Positions 21,001-30,434 of a DNA stretch of 64,000 nt are shown here, in pieces; within the stretch, counting starts at the first letter, position 1; every line of letters starts with the position of its first letter. Both the position numbers and the translations under genes were made by a program. The stretch covers positions 64,001-128,000 of the forward strand of contig CAWJKZ010000004.1 in the NCBI GenBank assembly GCA_963843575.1, written 5' to 3'. The stretch comes from an uncultured Acidobacteriota bacterium. GTDB taxonomy: Bacteria; Acidobacteriota; UBA6911. The notes under the pieces are model-generated. The model searched no databases and was not told where the DNA came from. It was given only the letters and a program-made list of their open reading frames with translations.

Positions 21001-23125
21001 CCACACGAATCGCACGCCCCTCTTCCAGGTGATGTTTGCACTCCAGAACGTGCCCTCGTCCGAACTTCAGCTTGCGGGTCAGCGGATCAGCACCGTCGAG
21101 TTCGATCACGGTACGGCGATGTTCGACCTCACACTCTCGATTTTCGAGGCTCCGGGGAACTACAGGGGCGTTATTGAATTCAACACGGATCTGTTCGATC
21201 GGGACCGGATCGCCCGCATGCAGGGGCATTTCTGCACCATGCTCGAGGCGATCGCCGCCGATCCGGACCTCCGTGTCGGCACACTGCCGCTCCTGACCGG
21301 ATCCGAACGCAGGCAGATTGTGGACGAGTGGAACGAGGCTCGGCTTGCCCATGCGGGGGGTCCGTGCGTTCATCAGCTGTTTGCAGCGCAGGCGGAGCGG
21401 ACACCCCACGCCGTCGCGGTGATCGGCCGGGAAGGAGAAATGTCGTACGCCGAGCTCGACCGGCGCGCCAACCAGGTCGCGCATTACCTCCGGTCGCTGG
21501 GGGTCGGCCCCGAGGTCTGCGTCGGCATCCACCAGGTGAATTCGTTGGACCTCGTGGTTTCAATCCTCGGTACGCTCAAGGCGGGAGGAGCCTACGTCCC
21601 GCTCGATCCCGGCTATCCCAGGTCGCGCCTCGAGTTCATGATAGAGGACGCGAATATCGCAGTCCTGCTGTGCGATCCTGCACTGGCTGGTTCGTTGCCC
21701 GGGACGACGGCGCGCGTGAGCTGTCTCGACTCCGTGCGGGGGGTGATCCGCCAACAGCCCGAGAACTGTCCGAATTCCGTCGTCGGCCCGGAAAATCTCG
21801 CGTACGTGATCTATACGTCCGGCTCGACGGGCAGGCCCAAGGGCGTCATGATCTCCCATCGGGCGATCGGCCATCACACGCTGTGGATACGATCGGCCTT
21901 CTCCTGGAACGGAACCGATCGATTTGCTTTTCACACGCCCATCAGCTTCGACACCTTCGCTTGCGACCTCTACGCGCCCCTCTCGGTCGGCGCCCGAGTG
22001 GTGCTGCTTCCTCCTGAAGAGCGTCGGGACATGGCGGCTCTCGCACGACTCATCGAGGAACACGAGATTACGTCGCTGCAGGTCGTGCCTTCGATGTTGC
22101 CGCCGCTGCTGAACCAGCCGGAGTTCGGGAGGAAACGCGCGCTCAGGCTTGTCCTGTGCGGCGGCGAGGCACTGTTGCGCGAACAGGCCACCAGGTTCCA
22201 CGCGCGTCTCGAAGCCCGGCTGTTCAACCTTTACGGGCCTACGGAAACCACCGTTGACGCCACCTGCCATCAAGTGCGCGCGGGCGATACGTCCGCCAAT
22301 GTCCCGATTGGGAAACCGATCTCCATTACCAGGGTCTACATCCTCGACCGGTACATGAACCCCGTCCCCGTAGGCGTGCCCGGCGAAATCCACATCGGGG
22401 GCGTGAGTCTCGCGCGAGGATATCTGAGGCGTCCGGATCTGACGGCCGGCGTGTTTCTCCCCAACCCGTTCGGTAACGAGCCCGGGGAGAGGCTATACAG
22501 GAGCGGCGACCTTGCGCGCTATCGGGCTGACGGGGAAATCGAATTCCTCGGTCGAGTGGACGACCAGGTCAAGCTGAGAGGTTTCCGGATCGAACTTGGG
22601 GAGATCGAATCGTGCCTGACACAACATCAGGAAGTGGAGGCGGCAGCAGTGATCTGCCGCGAGGATCCCACCGGGGAGAAACGACTGGCTGCCTACATCG
22701 TCCCCCGGGGAGCAGCCGCGCCGGGGAAAAAGGAGCTTCGGGAATTCCTCAACCGCATGTTACCCGAGCATATGGTGCCGGCCGACTTTGTATTCATGGC
22801 TGGTTTCCCATGCCTGCCCAACGGCAAAATCGATCGCAAGTCTCTCCCGCTGCCTGAAGTTGATCGACTGTCCGAGACCGGGCAGTATGTCGCCCCCCGC
22901 ACTCCGGATGAGGAGCGGGTGGCGAGGGTTTGGGCACAGGTGCTCGGCCTGGAACAGGTTGGAGTGTTCGATGATTTCTTCGAACTGGGAGGGCACTCTC
23001 TCCTTGCGACACGGGTGATTTTGCGGCTGAGAGAGGAATTCCAGACAGACCTGCCGCTGCGTGTGCTGTTCGACAACCCGACGGTGGCCGACCTGGTGGC
23101 CCAGATTGTCCAACAGGTCCAGTGA
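18077..23125 (+). CDS. Non-ribosomal peptide synthetase, A-T-C-A-T, no TE/R domain
   Basis: Two YTSGSTG.PKGV motifs; two FFELGGHSL carrier motifs; C domain LSFAQQRLWFL...HHIVSDRWS; A2 NLYGPTETT, YRSGDL, GRVDDQVKLRGFRIELGEIE. Confidence 0.96.
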   Translation: MDLTGNSPFKPEEGPAHCQPSARHVTFPKDALEASIPNRFEDQVVIHAHRMAAKTRLREWTYAGLNRFSNRLAHALLLEGAQPEQRIALLLEHDALPIASFLAVLKAGGICVPLEPHLPEGRIQYILQDAEADLLVTNNRNLPLARRMTDSVRRILNVDDLSQRLPEGNPSLSIRPKAPAYLIYTSGSTGMPKGVIQNHRNVLHDVWAYTHGFSIDSSDRLCQLASCSVGQGIKVCFNALLNGATLLPFNVREEGTAGLAAWLNEQGITVYLSAATVFRHLTGVLTGKERFPSVRLLRLASEPIRRSDYEQFKRFFPPECMFANGLSSSETGNYTQCLVRSADDIPGNLVPVGYPVEDKEVLLLDDDGRVVREGEVGEIAVKSAFLSPGYWRRPELTRKVFLQVAEDPEKMIYLTGDLGFRHPDGRLEHRGRKGFQIKIRGYRVELDEVETVLKNHPSVRDAVVKASESKSGEMRLIAYVVPEREPPRIAHLRDHLRSSLPDPMLPAAFVFLDAIPLAPSGKPDRQALRVPETLSNASEDDFLAPRDAVEEQLVAIWADVLKVNRVGVLDNFFELGGHSLTATQVTSRVRSLFQVEMPLREFLENPTIADLARSIARQRSRGPVCGEPAVRPVSRDRELPLSFAQQRLWFLNQLIPDDPVYNMSRVIRIEGSLNLAALERCLTEIVRRHEPLRTIFPSRDGRPYQRILDPGPIVPEIVDLSGRPRAEAEAEARARIDWEVHRPYNLQEDLPLRTLLVRLEPEEHLLVLTLHHIVSDRWSRWILTRELTALYQAFSEDKASPLPDLPIQYADFACWQRDWLSGEVLSQQVSYWKTQLSGVPVLELPADRPRPAIQSSRGASISFAVNSAVSEALRQLAQSEGSTPYIMFLAAFQCLLHRYTGQEDFAVGTPIANRNRVEIEGLIGFFVNTLVLRANMAGNPTFREILRRTREAALGAFAHQDLPFEKIVEELNPERHTNRTPLFQVMFALQNVPSSELQLAGQRISTVEFDHGTAMFDLTLSIFEAPGNYRGVIEFNTDLFDRDRIARMQGHFCTMLEAIAADPDLRVGTLPLLTGSERRQIVDEWNEARLAHAGGPCVHQLFAAQAERTPHAVAVIGREGEMSYAELDRRANQVAHYLRSLGVGPEVCVGIHQVNSLDLVVSILGTLKAGGAYVPLDPGYPRSRLEFMIEDANIAVLLCDPALAGSLPGTTARVSCLDSVRGVIRQQPENCPNSVVGPENLAYVIYTSGSTGRPKGVMISHRAIGHHTLWIRSAFSWNGTDRFAFHTPISFDTFACDLYAPLSVGARVVLLPPEERRDMAALARLIEEHEITSLQVVPSMLPPLLNQPEFGRKRALRLVLCGGEALLREQATRFHARLEARLFNLYGPTETTVDATCHQVRAGDTSANVPIGKPISITRVYILDRYMNPVPVGVPGEIHIGGVSLARGYLRRPDLTAGVFLPNPFGNEPGERLYRSGDLARYRADGEIEFLGRVDDQVKLRGFRIELGEIESCLTQHQEVEAAAVICREDPTGEKRLAAYIVPRGAAAPGKKELREFLNRMLPEHMVPADFVFMAGFPCLPNGKIDRKSLPLPEVDRLSETGQYVAPRTPDEERVARVWAQVLGLEQVGVFDDFFELGGHSLLATRVILRLREEFQTDLPLRVLFDNPTVADLVAQIVQQVQ

Positions 23126-23153
23126 ATTGGGGCACGGGTGGGAGGAGGAGCAA

Positions 23154-24128
23154 ATGGCGACGCGACGCAGGCTGGGCAAGACGGACATCGAAGTGAGTCC
23201 GGTGGGGCTGGGCTGCTGGCAGTTTTCTGCCGGTCAGGGGCTGGTCGGGAAATTCTGGGAGGCGATACCGCAGTCGGCGGTGGACCGGGTGGTGGAAGCC
23301 TCGCTGGCGGGCGGCATCAATTGGTTCGATACCGCCGAGATGTACGGCAACGGCGCTTCGGAGCGCGCCCTGGCCGCGGCGCTCACCCACGCAGGCAAGA
23401 AAGACGGCGAGGTGGTGGTGACCACCAAGTGGTCGCCGCTGTTCCGCACCGCAGAGTCCATCAAGTCGACCATCCATCAGCGCCTGAGCTGCCTCGCCCC
23501 CTTCGGCGTCGATTTGCACCAGGTGCACAACCCGCTGGGATTCTCGTCGATCGAGGCCGAGATGCGCGCCATGGCGGAGCTGGTCGCGGACAAAAGGATC
23601 CGCGCGGTCGGCGTGAGCAATTTCAACGTTGCGCGCATGCGCCGGGCGCACGCGGCGCTGGCGAAGTACGGCGTTGCGCTGGCCTCGAACCAGGTGAAGT
23701 ACAGCCTGCTCGACCGGCGCGTGGAGTTCGACGGCACCCTGGCGGCGGCCCGGGAACTGGGCGTCACCATCATCGCCTACTCGCCGCTGGAGCAGGGGCT
23801 GCTCACCGGCAAATACCACCAGGATCCGGATTACGTCAGAACGAGGCCCGGTCCGCGCAAGTGGATGGGCCGCTTCCGCGCCCAAGGCCTCCGGCGCAGC
23901 CGGCCCCTCGTCGAGGAGCTCGGCGTGATCGCGCGGGCGCATGGCGCAACCGCCGCGCAAGTCGCCCTCGCCTGGCTTTGCCAGTTCCACCAAGACTTGG
24001 TGGTCGCGATTCCAGGCGCCAGCCGAGTCGAGCAGGCCGTGGAAAACCGGGGTGCGCTAAGCCTGACCCTGTCTCCAGCCGCACTCGAAAAGCTAGATCA
24101 ACTCTCGCGTGGGGACGCACCAATGTAA
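23154..24128 (+). CDS. Aldo/keto reductase
   Basis: GGAGGAG RBS; GLGCWQ, WFDTAEMYGNG.SE, TKW, AVGVSNF, SNQVKYSLL, IAYSPL, AQVALAW, IPGA. Confidence 0.95.
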   Translation: MATRRRLGKTDIEVSPVGLGCWQFSAGQGLVGKFWEAIPQSAVDRVVEASLAGGINWFDTAEMYGNGASERALAAALTHAGKKDGEVVVTTKWSPLFRTAESIKSTIHQRLSCLAPFGVDLHQVHNPLGFSSIEAEMRAMAELVADKRIRAVGVSNFNVARMRRAHAALAKYGVALASNQVKYSLLDRRVEFDGTLAAARELGVTIIAYSPLEQGLLTGKYHQDPDYVRTRPGPRKWMGRFRAQGLRRSRPLVEELGVIARAHGATAAQVALAWLCQFHQDLVVAIPGASRVEQAVENRGALSLTLSPAALEKLDQLSRGDAPM

Positions 24129-24339
24129 CTCATATGTTATCAGTGCTTTGCCTGATTTTTGTCCTCGAAAAGTGGCCTTAAATTCGATTTTTGCCGCTCT
24201 TTTTTGCATTTAAGCAATCTCCTCCCGCAGCAAGCCCGTTGGGATGGCCGTTATTCCAGGGGAATGGCCCAAAAAATCGCAAATAAGGCCGCTTTTGGGG
24301 CACGAAATAGCGTTAAGTCACTCATCAATAAAGCACTTA
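24126..24339. mobile_element. AT-rich non-coding element with imperfect terminal inverted repeats (MITE-like), copy 1
   Basis: Left arm tttgtcctcgaaaagtggccttaaattcgattttt (24158-24192) vs right arm aaaaaatcgcaaataaggccgcttttggggcacgaaa (24271-24307); outer TAAGT-N16-ACTTA palindrome at 24314-24339. Confidence 0.55.
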
Positions 24340-24382
24340 CTCGGGTCCGTCCCCGGTAGTAGAATTGACGAGGGGGGGAATC

Positions 24383-25690
24383 ATGCAGAACTCAGAGGGT
24401 TCGAAGTTGGGTCGCCGTTCGTTTCTGATTTCAGCGATCGGCTCGAGTGCACTGTCCTATGCCCGCATCCCCGGAGCCAACGACCGGATCGCGCTTGGGC
24501 ACATCGGGGTGGGAAGCCGCGGCACTGAGCTGCATATGATGGTGTCGCGCGTGAAGGACAAGCACAACGTGGAGACCGTCGCCGTCTGCGACCTCTGGAA
24601 AAACAACCGGGAGCGTGCGGCGGCAAGCACCGAGCGTTACTACGGACGCGCCCCGCGCGCCTTCCAGCACATGGAGGAACTGCTCGCATTGAAGGAGGTG
24701 GACGCCGTCATGATCGCCACCCCCGAGCATTCCCATTCACCCGTCCTGAAAGCGACGGCTGAAGCGGGAAAGGACGCCTACTGCGAGAAACCGATGGGGA
24801 ACGTGCTCGCCGAAGTCAAAGCGGCCCGCGACGCGGTCAAGGAGCGCAAGCTCGTCGTGCAGGTCGGGACGCAGCACCGCAGCGAGCCCTACCAGCTCGC
24901 CGCGCGCGAAGTCGTGCGCAGCGGCGCTCTCGGAGACATAAGCAAGTATGAGATCGTCTGGAATTACAACGGCCCGCGTTGGCGCGGCCGCCCCGAGGTA
25001 AAGCAGATCCGCGAGCAGGATACCGACTGGAGGAAGTGGCTGATGACCAAGCCGCCGCGCCCCTTCGACCCGCAGCTGTATTTCGAGTTCCGCCTCTACC
25101 GCGATTTCTCCAGCGGCATCCCCGACCAGTGGATGAGCCACGGCATCGATCTCGTCCACTTCTTCCTGAACGAAGTGCCGCCCCGCTCGGTTGTCGCCCA
25201 GGGCGGCGTGTTCGCATGGCACGACGGCCGCGAGAACCCCGACACGTTTCAGGCCCTCGTCGAATACCCTTCCTTCCTGGCCAGCTTTTCGACCAGTTTC
25301 GGCAACGATTGCGACAGCTTCTCGCGGATCATGGGGAAGAAGGCGACGCTCGTCAACATCGGCGGCGAGGGGAGCCCCCGCTGGAAGGTGGTCGAGGAAA
25401 AGGGAAATCACGAAAGCAACCCCTACATCCAGCGTACCGAGAAATGGGTCACGCTTCCCGGCGACGACAAGCCCGGCCCGATCAACATCGGCGACGAGGA
25501 CCTGTCCCATCTGACCAACTGGTTCGACTGCCTGCGCAGCCGGAACGCGAAGACCAACGCGACCGTCGACACCGGCTTCATGCATTCGGTCGCCTGCATC
25601 ATGGCCACCCAATCCTACTGGCAGGGCAAGCGCCTGTATTACGATCCCAGGACCGAGCAGATAAAGGACAGTGCACCCGCGACGGCATAA
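24383..25690 (+). CDS. Tat-exported Gfo/Idh/MocA oxidoreductase
   Basis: GRRSFL Tat motif; GANDRI..GHIGVGSRG, IATPEHSH, YCEKP, QVGTQHRS. Confidence 0.92.
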   Translation: MQNSEGSKLGRRSFLISAIGSSALSYARIPGANDRIALGHIGVGSRGTELHMMVSRVKDKHNVETVAVCDLWKNNRERAAASTERYYGRAPRAFQHMEELLALKEVDAVMIATPEHSHSPVLKATAEAGKDAYCEKPMGNVLAEVKAARDAVKERKLVVQVGTQHRSEPYQLAAREVVRSGALGDISKYEIVWNYNGPRWRGRPEVKQIREQDTDWRKWLMTKPPRPFDPQLYFEFRLYRDFSSGIPDQWMSHGIDLVHFFLNEVPPRSVVAQGGVFAWHDGRENPDTFQALVEYPSFLASFSTSFGNDCDSFSRIMGKKATLVNIGGEGSPRWKVVEEKGNHESNPYIQRTEKWVTLPGDDKPGPINIGDEDLSHLTNWFDCLRSRNAKTNATVDTGFMHSVACIMATQSYWQGKRLYYDPRTEQIKDSAPATA

Positions 25691-25756
25691 CCCGCGCGGG
25701 GCGGCGGCCGGGCCCGAAGCCGGGCGGGCGCTTCAACTCCTTGGACGCGCGGATCG

Positions 25757-28657
25757 TTATTGATTGAGTGCGGCAATGTGGTGCGCCAGAATGGCGCGCC
25801 ACTCGTCGAGCGTGTGGCCGGCCACGGCGCGACGGCGGCGCAGCGGGTCCCCGTAATCCTCCCGGGAGATATACGGAAGCGCCGCCCCGAGCAGGGATGC
25901 CAGATCCGCCTGTGCCGCCGCGACCTCAGGTCCTGTGCGCCCGGTCCGCGTCGCCGTCTCGATCCGTTCCCTGAGGGTTGCGACGTACAGGTAATCCCCG
26001 ATTCCCGCGGTCAGCCTCTCGAAGGCGGGCGTTTCGATCGGCCCGTCCGGGCCGGGCAGCGTCACGCCTGACCGGTTGTACGGATGAAACCGCTGAAACG
26101 GGAGCAGGTCCCAGCCGAAGTGCCACTGCCAGAAGCCGTACGAGCTCGACGCCGCGATCTGGATCCCGAAATCGTACCGGTCGGGGATGCCGTTGAAGTA
26201 CCACAGCCGCGGCTTCCCCCTCTTGCGGGCGGCCTCGATAATCCCCGCCGATTGATCCCAAGGATGGGTGGCGACGCAGTCGAAATGATCGAGCAACGGC
26301 AGGTAGTCTACGCCGTCCTCCTTGTCCCGCATCGGGTCGATGAAGATCTTCGCGCCCGGCACGCCTTCGCGCACCAGCCGCGCATAGCGGATCGTGTCCT
26401 GCAGGTTCCGGTTCCACTGGTTGATGTTGCGCTCCCGCGGCTCATCCGCAAGGTACAGCAGCACTGGCAGGCCGCGCTTCCGAAAGAAATCGTGGATCTT
26501 CCCGGCCGCGTCGACATACCTCCTGATGAACAGCGGCGAGAATTCCCCGGTCAAGTCGCCGTCGGGCAGAGGCGCGGAGATTTCTTCGGGCTCGTGAAAG
26601 TCGCCGTAACGTGTTTCCCTCATCAGCCGCCGTGCCACCTCCAGCAGCAGAAGGATGATTCCAGGCCTCCGGGCATCGCAGAGACCCGCTTCCTTTGCCG
26701 CGCGGGCTTCTTCCTCCAGCAGGCTGAAGTCCAGGATCGTGCGTCCACCTTCGACGCCCTTCACGATCGGTGCGGTGAACATGTAGGACGTCAGCCCGTG
26801 CGCCTTCATCACGCGGGCCTCCGCACGCAGCACGCGGCGGAGATCCTCAATCTTGCCGGGCAGGAAGTATCGAAGCGAATAGCCGAGGTTATACGGGCTG
26901 GACCGGAAGAAACCATACGAGACCGGGTGCTCGGCAGTGAGGGAGAACGGATGAATCGTGATCTCCACGGGCAGCTCGGCCGACCCCCCCGTGCCGGTTG
27001 CGACCTGCAGGCGGCCCCTATACAGGCCCGGAACCGCGTCGGGAGCCGGCGCAAGGGTGATCCAATGGGTCACATTCACGCCGCCGGGCGACGGTATCTT
27101 TTGCGCCGGGAGCAGGCATCCTTCCCTGAGTTCCGCCGGCCAGTCCGTCCACATGTATTTAAGGACTCGCAGCATCAAGGCGCTGCGCGGAAGAACGGCG
27201 CCGCCGTCGGTCCTGAATTCCGAGAGGGCCGCCTCCACGGATGCCAGGGGCCCGATCGGCGTAACCGTGACCGCGGCATGCCCGAAATCGCCTCGGGCCG
27301 CGGCCAACCGGAGCACGCCGGGATCGAGTTCGGCGGCCCGGGGCAGGTCGTACGGGCCGATTTCCTCGTTGAAGTCCCTGTTCCACAGGAGAAACCCGCG
27401 GAGCCGAGCCGTTTCCGACGCTGAAGGCGCAGCGTTCCGAGGTTGCGGCGGGCGCAGGTGGGAGAGGAAATCGCTCTCCCGGACCTTATCGACCGCGGCC
27501 GCAGCGGATTCGAAATCCCTCCCTTCGGGGGCGATGAGGAGACCGAAGACGCAGAGGACACCTCCCCACGTGAACTCGGCGTGGCCGGCACTCACCTCGA
27601 AGGAGAAGTCGTACGACTGCCACGCTTCCGCGACCGACTTGCGGTAGGTATCCTCTCCGGGCGCATACCAGTCGTTCATGCCGCGGAAATACTCCGCTTC
27701 GGTGTAGTACGCGGCCTGGTCGACCTTTCTCGACGCGACCTGCCGGCCGTCGACTGCCAGCGTAAAGGAAAGGACGGCCAGGAGCTTGCTGCTGTAGTTT
27801 CCGCCATAGAACCGCGCCCTGTACCGCCCAGCCGGCAGGTCAACCCGGAAGCTCGCCTTGCCGCCGCCGAGGTCGGACCAGATCCAGTCGGAGGTCAGAC
27901 GCTCCGGCCTCTGGAGAGCCCAAGCCTGCGTCCTTGCCGGTATCGTGGTCCATCCATAGCCGCGGAAGCCGGCGTAGGCCGCCTTATCGGTCGCAGGCTT
28001 TGCGCCCGGTATCAGGGCCGAACCGACAGGGCCGAAGTCGAACAGCACGGTCCCTTTGCCCGCCCCGACTGCGGATCTTTCATCCCCCGCGAGCACGAAG
28101 TTGTAGAGCCAGACGTCGCGTTCGAATTTCTCGGCACTGCGGATCTGCATCAAAACCGAGCGGATGCGGACCAGATCGACGGAGCGCCCCGCGCCCGTCC
28201 TCAACTCGTCCAGCGGGATCTCAAAGACGTTCCGGGCGCGGGAGAGCCAGATTTCAGGGGATGTGTAGCTTATCCCAGTTTCGTCCTTGATCGTGAGCAC
28301 TACCGGGATCATGAATTCCGCCCCGTTGACCACCGTGAACAGGAGCCGTCGAAACCCGGTCCAGTTCGTCGGCATCCCTGCCTGCGGCGTGAACTCGAGG
28401 GAGCTGTAGCCCTCGCCGGGGAGGAGGACAAGGTGGAGCGCACCGGCCGGGACGGCGGGAAGTTCGACCTCGGGTCGCTCGATCGCGGCCCCATCGGCCG
28501 AGGTCCTCGACCATGCGGCCCGGCACCCGGTCACGCCTATCGACCCGACGACCCCCGCATCCTGAAACGTGCACACAAACCTTCCGGGCGGCCTTTCCGC
28601 GCCTGCGGGCATTGCCGACACCAGCATCAAGCTCAACAGCGCGACGACGCGGATCAT
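25757..28657 (-). CDS. Large secreted carbohydrate-active-like protein (CBM-like N-terminus, GH123/DUF4091-like C-terminus)
   Basis: Signal peptide MIRVVALL...; FDFGP..GYGW module; PGLYRG; YLADEP; terminal ERLTAGIGDYLY resembling the DUF4091 E..REGI.DY motif. Confidence 0.6.
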   Translation of the reverse strand: MIRVVALLSLMLVSAMPAGAERPPGRFVCTFQDAGVVGSIGVTGCRAAWSRTSADGAAIERPEVELPAVPAGALHLVLLPGEGYSSLEFTPQAGMPTNWTGFRRLLFTVVNGAEFMIPVVLTIKDETGISYTSPEIWLSRARNVFEIPLDELRTGAGRSVDLVRIRSVLMQIRSAEKFERDVWLYNFVLAGDERSAVGAGKGTVLFDFGPVGSALIPGAKPATDKAAYAGFRGYGWTTIPARTQAWALQRPERLTSDWIWSDLGGGKASFRVDLPAGRYRARFYGGNYSSKLLAVLSFTLAVDGRQVASRKVDQAAYYTEAEYFRGMNDWYAPGEDTYRKSVAEAWQSYDFSFEVSAGHAEFTWGGVLCVFGLLIAPEGRDFESAAAAVDKVRESDFLSHLRPPQPRNAAPSASETARLRGFLLWNRDFNEEIGPYDLPRAAELDPGVLRLAAARGDFGHAAVTVTPIGPLASVEAALSEFRTDGGAVLPRSALMLRVLKYMWTDWPAELREGCLLPAQKIPSPGGVNVTHWITLAPAPDAVPGLYRGRLQVATGTGGSAELPVEITIHPFSLTAEHPVSYGFFRSSPYNLGYSLRYFLPGKIEDLRRVLRAEARVMKAHGLTSYMFTAPIVKGVEGGRTILDFSLLEEEARAAKEAGLCDARRPGIILLLLEVARRLMRETRYGDFHEPEEISAPLPDGDLTGEFSPLFIRRYVDAAGKIHDFFRKRGLPVLLYLADEPRERNINQWNRNLQDTIRYARLVREGVPGAKIFIDPMRDKEDGVDYLPLLDHFDCVATHPWDQSAGIIEAARKRGKPRLWYFNGIPDRYDFGIQIAASSSYGFWQWHFGWDLLPFQRFHPYNRSGVTLPGPDGPIETPAFERLTAGIGDYLYVATLRERIETATRTGRTGPEVAAAQADLASLLGAALPYISREDYGDPLRRRRAVAGHTLDEWRAILAHHIAALNQ

Positions 28658-28740
28658 AGGGACTCCGTCTCTTTTCCGCCCGCTTGAGACTTTCCGGGTC
28701 TTTTCCGGCGAATTGCGGGGGCCAGGCAGGATTTCACGGG

Positions 28741-28935
28741 TTACCTGCAGCGGGCCCACAGAAACAGGCGCACCCGGTCCTCGGTCAATTGCAGGCCCAG
28801 GCCAGGCCGGTCTGTAACTGGGATGAAGCCGTTCCTGAGCTCGAGCTCAGGTGCGTGATCGACGATCTGGAAATGCTCCGGCACCCGGTACGGATACAGT
28901 TCCTGGATGATGAAGTTCGAGATGCCGGCATGTTG
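28741..28935 (-). pseudogene. C-terminal remnant of a mandelate racemase/galactonate dehydratase-family enzyme
   Basis: Manual reverse-strand translation AGISNFIIQELYPYRVPEHFQIVDHAPELELRNGFIPVTDRPGLGLQL...ARCR* (TAA 28743-28741); NF.IQE and PGLG.. are typical; 5' part cut at the repeat element. Confidence 0.65.
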
Positions 28936-28941
28936 TCTCGC

Positions 28942-29062
28942 TTTCGTCCTCGAAAAGTGGCCTTAAATCCAATTTTTGCCCCTGTTTTTTCGGTTTAAGG
29001 TCGCCGGGAAACGCATTTGAGATCGCGGCTATTTCAATAAAATAGCACCAAAAATCGCAAAA
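28942..29062. mobile_element. Second, right-truncated copy of the MITE-like element
   Basis: gtcctcgaaaagtggccttaaat is identical to 24161-24183; the right arm matches only to ccaaaaatcgcaaa and then runs into coding sequence. Confidence 0.6.
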
Positions 29063-30393
29063 GGCGCCCGCGTTGTTTCCGGACGCCCTGTTCACGGAGT
29101 TCCCGATCACGGTGCAACAAAACCAAACGCGGTCGGTATGGGTGACGATCCATGTGCCGACGGGCCAAGAACCGGGCGAGTACAGGGGCGAACTGAGGCT
29201 GCGGCAGGGCACGGAGACGTTGGCGACCGTCCCGTACACCCTGGTGGTTCACAAAGCCACGGTTTCGAGGCCGATCCCGCTGGCGATCAATAACTACTTG
29301 AATCTCGGCGATCGTCACCTCGAGCAGTTTCACAGCTGCACGCGCGGATCAGGGCCGTGGTGGGACCTGATCGCGAGTTACGCGCGCTTCTGGGCCGACT
29401 ACTACCAGACTTCCATCAGCGCAAATGCGGTCTCGCTCACAAAGCCAGCAGCTATCGGGCGGGGGATTGAGTTACAGCTTCAGCGACTTTGAACGGTACG
29501 TCGAAACGTGGGAGGCCGCTGGAGTGAAGGGCCAGATCGACGGCGGGAACCTCATGGAACGGCAGCGGCGGCGGGACGCCACCATCATGACCGAGGCCTG
29601 GCTGGTCGAGGGCGGCAAACCGGTCCGGCGCAGCATCCCGTGGAACGACCCGCGGGCTCAGCAGTTCCTGAACACCTTCCTGCCCGCGCTCTCCGCGCGG
29701 CTCCAGGAACTCGGCTGGACGAACAAGTACATCCAGGGAATCATGGACGAGCCGAACCAGTGGGAGATCCCGGCGTTCCTCGACACTGCCGCCAAGGTCC
29801 GGAAGCTCCTGCCGGGCGTCCGGACAATCGAACCGGTCGGGCTGCGCCAGGACGTCGGCTTCATGAAGAAAACGGTGGACATATGGGTGCCTCTGCTCGG
29901 CACGTTCGACGAGAAGCTTGACCTCCTTCAACGACACATCAACGAGGACAAGGGCGAGATCTGGTTTTACACATGCCTGTCGCCGCGGGGGAAATATCCC
30001 AACCGCTTCGTCGATACCTCACTGACGAAGGTGCGGCTGCTGCATTGGATCAACTACAAGTGGAACTTCACCGGCTTCCTGCACTGGGGCGGTAACTTCT
30101 GGGGGCCGGAGCCGCTCAAGGACACACAACCCGTCATCAACGAGGGGCGGACGTACCTGCCTCCGGGTGACGCGTTCATCACCTACCCTGCCCGCATGGG
30201 CCTCTACAGTTCAATCCGGCTGGAGCAGATGCGGGAGGGCATCGAGGACTACGCGCTGCTCAAGGAACTCGACAGGAAGGACAGAGCACTGGCCCAGAAG
30301 ATCGCGGGTGAAGCGGTAAGGACGTTCGTCGATTACGTGCGCGGGGCCAAGGAGTTCCGGGCAATCCAGCAGAAGCTGCTGGAGGCGCCGTAG
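29060..30393 (+). pseudogene. GH123/DUF4091-like glycoside hydrolase, 5'-truncated and frameshifted (~29460)
   Basis: FPDAL, SVWVTIHVP..PGEYRG in 29073..29492; IMDEP, IWFYTC, PNRF, GFLHWG.N.W, PPGDAFITYP, SSIRLEQMREGIEDY in 29425..30393. Confidence 0.75.
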
Positions 30394-30434
30394 CGGGTTG
30401 GGCAGATCGTAAAGAAGACAGTGCCCCCTCCATC

